Positions 27,449-32,490 of a stretch of 32,490 nucleotides of DNA are shown here, in pieces. Each line of letters begins with the position of its first letter. Position 1 is the stretch's first letter. The notes under the pieces were generated by a model. The model did no database searches. It was not told the origin of the DNA and was given only the letters and a program-made list of their open reading frames with translations. The stretch covers positions 1-32,490 of the forward strand of contig JBDRQI010000013.1 of the NCBI GenBank assembly GCA_043826355.1, given 5' to 3'. Both the position numbers and the translations under genes were made by a program. The stretch is from Candidatus Omnitrophota bacterium. GTDB lineage: Bacteria > Ratteibacteria > UBA8468 > MWAK01.

Positions 27449-27568
27449 ATGTTTATATAATTGATTTCCAATGCTATAATTTTTTGTCAATTCGATCATT
27501 TTTCATTCTTGCGTGTGGTAATCGGGGATCCATTCTTCCCGTCCTGCGACCATCCTAAGAACACTAAA

Positions 27569-28017
27569 TCATTGCGAAACGAGCTTTGCCGTAGCAATCT
27601 TACCGGAAGAATTCCATCGTCCTGGCAGAAGTCAGGTTCATCCGGCACTATATTTTATATTTATTATATTGATTTTCAATAATATAAGTATCGTTAGTTA
27701 TAGTTTTTTATAGTATTAAAACAGCTAAAATCAAACATTTGGAATCAATTTTTTGGAAAAATTGGAAAATTTGAAAAAGGTAATCATTACTAAATCAGTG
27801 ATGAATAACCCCTATTTGTCTGGCAAAAAATTTCATCCGGTCTTTTTCCCCTGGCGGAAATGTCCGGACCGGAGGATGATTTTTACATAAACCTAAAAAT
27901 CCTATTTTAAAGAAGCGCTTTTAATCTAAAACCGGTATTATCACCCCACCCAACCCGTTTTTTCGCCTTAAATCACATTTTTGCGTTATTGCGAGGCGTT
28001 CTTTACCGTGGCAATCT
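27569..28017 (+). repeat. Two dispersed 32-bp ATTGCGA...GCAATCT palindromic repeats
   Basis: 27569-27600 TCATTGCGAAACGAGCTTTGCCGTAGCAATCT and 27986-28017 TTATTGCGAGGCGTTCTTTACCGTGGCAATCT; 25/32 identical. Confidence 0.7.
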
Positions 28018-28285
28018 ACCTTTCTTTCCTCGCAGACCGTTGTCTATCGCGGTTATCCCCCACTCCCCTCCTCCATCCCTTGACCATCCCCTGGCCGGGT
28101 GCTAACATTTAGCCATGGCCAAACAATGCATCACCAGGAGACAAAAGAATATTTCAAAGTAAGGTTACTCCTTCCCTGAAATTTGATGTCCAAATAATCG
28201 GACTTCCTAATGCAAGTCAACATCAAATTCATTATGCTGGCTAATTATGTATATAATTCCCTAAAATTTATACCCGGAGGATAGA

Positions 28286-28930
28286 ATGTTTGAATCAAAA
28301 TCGGCGTTCGGCCGGCTCTTCGACGCGGAAGAGGTCCACTCCATAACTGGGGAGTCGTTCCCCAGGATTCCCTGGAAGTTTTCCCTGTGGTTTTTCCGGG
28401 AAAGACTGCACTATACGCGCGAAAGGCTGGCGCAGCTTCTGGGCGTTTTCTCCCGGACTGTGGCCAGATGGGATGAGGGCGAGACTCCCACCCTCCGTCA
28501 CCAGGCAATGCTCTTGAAAGCGATGGAAGAGGTGCCCTCTAGGCTGGAGGACCTCGCCAGCTCCGTACGAAAGACGCTCGATACCTACGCTAGGAAGAAC
28601 CGATCGGCTCTTACCGCCGCGGTTCTGAATGCGACCAACAAACAAATTTACTCCCGTATTTATCAGAAAAGGTCCCCGGCCGCAACAGCACCAAGAAATA
28701 GTAAAGGAAAAGGCACAGTCCACGGCAACCGGGGCAAGCCTTCCCCCAGGAGATTTCCGGAAGAATTCAAACAGAAGGTTATGCAGATAGTGAAAAAGAA
28801 ATATTACGATTTTGGACCAAAGTTTTGCCGCCGAAAAATTAGAGATAGCAGAGAAACTGCCGGTGAATCGGGAGACAGTAAAACACTGGATGATAGAAAA
28901 TCATCTGTGGACGCCAAGGAAACTGCGTGA
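28286..28930 (+). CDS. XRE/Cro-type HTH protein running into a transposase remnant (chimeric ORF)
   Basis: GGAGG RBS; HTH FRERLHYTRERLAQLLGVFSRTVARWDEG. From about aa 141 the ORF reads transposase sequence (HGNRGKPS..YYDFGP), then goes out of frame. Confidence 0.65.
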   Translation: MFESKSAFGRLFDAEEVHSITGESFPRIPWKFSLWFFRERLHYTRERLAQLLGVFSRTVARWDEGETPTLRHQAMLLKAMEEVPSRLEDLASSVRKTLDTYARKNRSALTAAVLNATNKQIYSRIYQKRSPAATAPRNSKGKGTVHGNRGKPSPRRFPEEFKQKVMQIVKKKYYDFGPKFCRRKIRDSRETAGESGDSKTLDDRKSSVDAKETA

Positions 28931-29889
28931 GCAAGGTGAAACACTGCTGGCGCAACCAGAAAGAATGTTTCGGGGGGATGGTTCAGACAGACGGCTCAGT
29001 CCATGATTGGTTGGAAGGACGGGGGCGTAAGAAGGTGTTGATGGGCTATATTGATGATGCCACCAGCCAGGTATTCGCCAGGTTCTATCCGCAGGAAACA
29101 ACCGGGGCGGCCATGGAGAGTTTCAAGGGATACATTGAAGAATACGGTATTTCCAAAAGCTTTTACTTTGACCGCCACAGTATCTGCAAAACCATCCGCC
29201 AGCCAAACCTGGACGAACAACTCAAAGGCCAACTTTCCAGGACTCAGTTTGAAATGGCGCTGGAGGTCTTAAACGTCGAACCGATTCACGCGTATTCTCC
29301 TCAGGCAAAAGGAAGGATAGAGCGGTTATTTGCCACCTTTCAGGACAGGTTGATTAAGGAGCTGCGACTGGCCAAGATTAAGAATTTATCACAGACTAAT
29401 GGTTTCCTTAAAGGGTATCTGCCCCCGATACAATTGCGTATTTGCTATCCCTCTGGTCAACCCCAAAGACCTCCATAAGCCAATACCGACAGAGTTAGAT
29501 TTAAACTGGGTGTTTGCTTTCCGGGAAAAGAGGGTAATATCCAAAGATTTCACCATTGCCTGGAGTAACCGTTTCTTTCTTTTCTCCCGGCCCTCCAGAG
29601 CCTTGATAAAAACCCAGGCTACCGTTTTGGAGGATCTCAAAGGAGAGATTAGAATCTGGTTGAACAACCGGTATTTGGAGTTCCAGGAGATTACCCCGGA
29701 TACTCTCCGGCGAATCAGGGAAAGAAAATACTCCACCAAGACAACCGGGGTTAAGCCACTTTGCAAACCATGGAAACCTCCAGTAGACCATCCATGGCGG
29801 GTAGAAGGGCCGTATTTGAAAGATTAAATAAATGAAAAAGAGGACGTTTTCATTTTGCTGAAAGGAGACATTACCATATTGCGCTGACA
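28706..29889 (+). mobile_element. Decayed IS1202-family (ISNCY) element: transposase with at least 3 frameshifts, right end intact, left end not found
   Basis: Successive frames: HGNRG..YDFGP / AAEKL..RETVKHWM / FGGMVQTDGSVHDW..YIDDAT..DRHS..SPQAKGRIERLF.TFQDRL / YN..FA..KPPVDHPWR. Right end has tandem AGGACGTTTTCATTTTGC (29841-29858) and GAGACATTACCATATTGC (29865-29882), ending TGACA at 29889. Confidence 0.85.
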
Positions 29890-29894
29890 TAAAT

Positions 29895-29923
29895 TTGACA
29901 AACTTTTGATTTGGGGGTATTAT
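29895..29923 (+). promoter_or_regulatory. Near-consensus sigma70 promoter
   Basis: TTGACA-N17-TATTAT, 5 nt beyond the IS end and upstream of the GH1 gene. Confidence 0.65.
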
Positions 29924-30151
29924 ATAAATCCTTATTTCATTTAAAATAAAATTCGATGAAATAAGTTCTAATGTCCGAGGTGTGGTATCCTTGATGGTGG
30001 TTGACTTCTGGAGATTAACTGAAAGTTAGTTATTTTTGGCTAAAGCTAAATTAAGATACCTAATCAAACACTTATCATTAAGGGTCTCCAAACAAAAAAG
30101 CTTTTCCGGTATTTTTTGTATAAAACAATCATCCGGCTGAGGAAATATTTG

Positions 30152-31487
30152 ATGATTCGATTTGATTTTCCAAGCGATTTCCTATGGGGTGCAGGATCTT
30201 CATCTTTTCAGGTAGAGGGTGGTGCCGATGCTGATGGTCGTGGTCCGAGCGTGTGGGACATATATTCGCTTCGTTACCCAGATCGTTTTTATCGAGCCCA
30301 AACGCCTGCGATCGCGGTGGATTTTTACCACCACTATGCTGAGGATGTGTTACTGATGCGGGACTTGGGCCTGAAGACATTTCGTTTGTCCATCTCCTGG
30401 TCTCGCGTCTTGCCCAACGGCCGCGGTCCGGTCAACGAACCAGGTCTCGCATTCTATGACCGCCTGATCGACCTCCTTCTGAAACATAATATCAAACCGT
30501 TTGTCGACCTGTACCACTGGGATTTGCCGTGGGCGCTGGCGGAAGAGGGTGGTTTCAGCAATCCCCGGATTGTGGCGGATTTCGAGCAATACGCGTGCGT
30601 CTACTTTGAGCGGTTAGGAAATCGGGTGAGTTACTGGAACACGATGAATGAACCGGCGGCCACCAGCTGTTTTAACCCGTTTGCCCCCGAAAATGACGAC
30701 CCGGTGCAGTTGCGGCGCGGGGAACTGAATATACTTTTGATGCATTTTGCGGCCGTGCAGTTGTATCGGGCCATGAACTTACCCGGCAAAATCGGCACGG
30801 TGCTGGCCTATGTACCCTACTATTCAAACTCTCTCTCCGAAGCGGACCAAACAGCCACCCGGCTGCAAACGGATTTTGTTCTCGGCCGTTGGCTGGACCC
30901 GATGCTGAAAGGCACCTATCCCCAGTCGTTGATGTCTCACCCGCACCTGGCATCCGTGCTGTCGGCCGCCCTCCAGGAGAAGATCGGCGCCGCATTCACC
31001 CTTATTGATTTTATGGGGCTAAACTACTATACCCCGACGGTGATCGCAAACACACCCGGCGCCTTTCTGGATTCGGGGGGCGGCGAGCCGTTTGCCGCGC
31101 AGCAGGACTATGGGTTTACTATCTATCCGGCCGGCCTCTACGACTCCCTTCAGGAATTCCGCGCACGCTATGGGGACATTGATATCTACAATCACCGAAA
31201 ACGGCCTAGCCACGGATCAGGAAAAACGGCCAGGTAAGGTCGAGGACGATAAAGACCGTATCAGCTATATACGAGAACACCTGCGCGAAATAGTCCGTTG
31301 CCAGCAGGTCGGCATCAATGTGTGCGGTTACTATTATTGGACACTCCTTGACGATTACGAAGGAACGTCCGGCTACCGTTACTGTTTCGGTCTGGCACAC
31401 GTGGACTTGGAGACGTTGTGCCGGACACCGCGCCAAAGCTGGTACTACTACCAGAAATGTATTGCCAATAATACCGTTGTCCCCTGA
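30152..31487 (+). pseudogene. GH1 beta-glucosidase with a +1 frameshift
   Basis: FPSDFLWG..QVEG, DFYHHY.ED, FRLSISWSR, LYHWDLP, TMNEP, GLNYY. An extra A at 31190/31191 puts ITENG, RISYIREHL, GYYYWTLLD and FGL in the next frame. Confidence 0.88.
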
Positions 31488-31741
31488 TAAGCCGTTGTCC
31501 TCATGGTTGTTTCCGACTTTATTGTTAAAATGTAACATATTAGCTTTAGAAAGTATGGTAGCTTTGAAAACCTTATCCTATATGGATTTATACCTAAAAT
31601 GGCTGTGCAAAATTCTTCTTTAGAAAACGCCGATTTGGCCGAGGGGGGGTAAAATCGTGATATTCTGTAATATAATTTAGGTTCCAGGAATTGCTTAGGA
31701 AAAATTTGATTTTTTGGTGCTAGTATGTTACGGAGGAAGGC

Positions 31742-32490
31742 ATGAAAGGAATAAGAGTAGGAATGATTAGATGTGACTTGCATGCTTATTACTATGGTGC
31801 TTTAATGTTTAAGTATGATCCGCTTGACCTGAGAGATGATGAATTGGGGGTAGCGCATGATGCCTACTTCTACTTTTACTTGCAGTATAACGATCCCAAG
31901 AAGATAACCGCACCTACAATTGGCGGTTTTGAGTTAGTAAAAGTCTGGGATAAAGACCGAAAACTTGCCGAAGGTATGTCAAGAATATTTGATAACCATC
32001 CAACTGTATGCGAAACATTTGAAGAAGTTTCCGATAATGTAGATTTGGTTTTTATTGCGGACTGCAACGGTGATGGCTCAGACCATTTGGAACTGGCTTT
32101 GCCTAGTATAAAGAAAAAAGTCCCTACTTTCATTGATAAACCCTTCACTTATGATGTAACAGATGCCCGAAAATTGGTGAAATTAGCAGAGAAATACAAA
32201 ACACCGATAATGTCATTATCAATGCTGAGAGTTCTACCACACGCCAGTCGGTTTCGCAACCGATTTGCTGAACTGGGAAAACCACAATTTGGGGTGATAA
32301 AAGGAGGCGGTATCCATGCTATCAGTTTGGCCCAGCATCTTTTTGGTTGCGGTGTTGAGTCTGTTGAGGCTATGGGACAAAAACCTTTGGCTTATGTTCA
32401 TCTGGATTATGGCGGAAAATCTGGAAGGCCAGGTTCCGGTGTTATTCTTTGTTGCGCATCAGGTCCAACTTATCACTGTTCATATTATGC
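31742..32490 (+). CDS. Gfo/Idh/MocA-family oxidoreductase, 3'-truncated by the window
   Basis: GGAGG RBS; frame open from MKGIRVGMIRCD to the window end, with VWDKD, VDLVFIAD, DHLELA and TFIDKPF. Absent from the ORF track because it has no stop codon. Confidence 0.8.
   Translation, partial: MKGIRVGMIRCDLHAYYYGALMFKYDPLDLRDDELGVAHDAYFYFYLQYNDPKKITAPTIGGFELVKVWDKDRKLAEGMSRIFDNHPTVCETFEEVSDNVDLVFIADCNGDGSDHLELALPSIKKKVPTFIDKPFTYDVTDARKLVKLAEKYKTPIMSLSMLRVLPHASRFRNRFAELGKPQFGVIKGGGIHAISLAQHLFGCGVESVEAMGQKPLAYVHLDYGGKSGRPGSGVILCCASGPTYHCSYY

Noticed and set aside
27450..27500. Left end of the IS1202 element next to the second dif-like site (TGT at 27450, TGTCAA at 27485)
   Set aside because: Similarity to the reverse complement of the right end is limited to 3-5 nt, and the subterminal repeats are missing.
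27461..27682. 73-aa ORF in the dif region
   Set aside because: TTG start, no RBS, no recognisable motif, and it overlaps repeat elements.
27826..27884. Hairpin TCATCC/GGATGA with CCGGTC/GACCGG as a small RNA or terminator
   Set aside because: The pairing is irregular and there is no adjacent gene end or clear promoter, so support is insufficient.
27203..28285. CRISPR array, tRNA or integron attC array in the long intergenic region
   Set aside because: No regularly spaced repeats, no cloverleaf with a T-loop, and no cassette ORFs or integrase.
17..32148. Numerous minus-strand and short alternate-frame ORFs (e.g. 17-556, 20835-21512, 26497-27003, 31876-32148)
   Set aside because: They are shadows of well-supported + strand genes and have no family motifs.

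Overview
Bacterial genomic window; all credible genes are on the + strand. Left to right: (1) the 3' end and terminal repeat of an IS4-family element; (2) a lone ribH; (3) a ~17 kb surface-glycan locus. This locus has an asnB-type amidotransferase, a polysaccharide deacetylase, CDP-3,6-dideoxyhexose genes (rfbF, rfbG-like, rfbH), three more SDR sugar enzymes, two GT2 polyprenyl-phosphate glycosyltransferases and a GT-C (ArnT/PMT-like) transferase. An AT-rich module sits between rfbG-like and rfbH: DmpF/DmpG-like dehydrogenase and aldolase, a ThDP enzyme, one of the SDRs and an FkbM methyltransferase. (4) queA-tgt-tyrS, with a ~180 nt promoter-preceded rod-like RNA (6S-like) between tgt and tyrS and several REP-like hairpins, one inside queA; (5) a plasmid-like ParA + ribbon-helix-helix cassette with upstream repeats; (6) a sugar-catabolic cluster (lsrF, lsrE-like, SDR, class II aldolase, Zn-dehydrogenase); (7) a ~1.1 kb non-coding stretch with a near-consensus XerCD dif site and an inverted degenerate copy; (8) an XRE-HTH gene fused to a decayed IS1202/ISNCY transposase, a frameshifted GH1 beta-glucosidase and the 5' part of a Gfo/Idh/MocA oxidoreductase. 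All calls come from reading motifs by eye; no searches were run.
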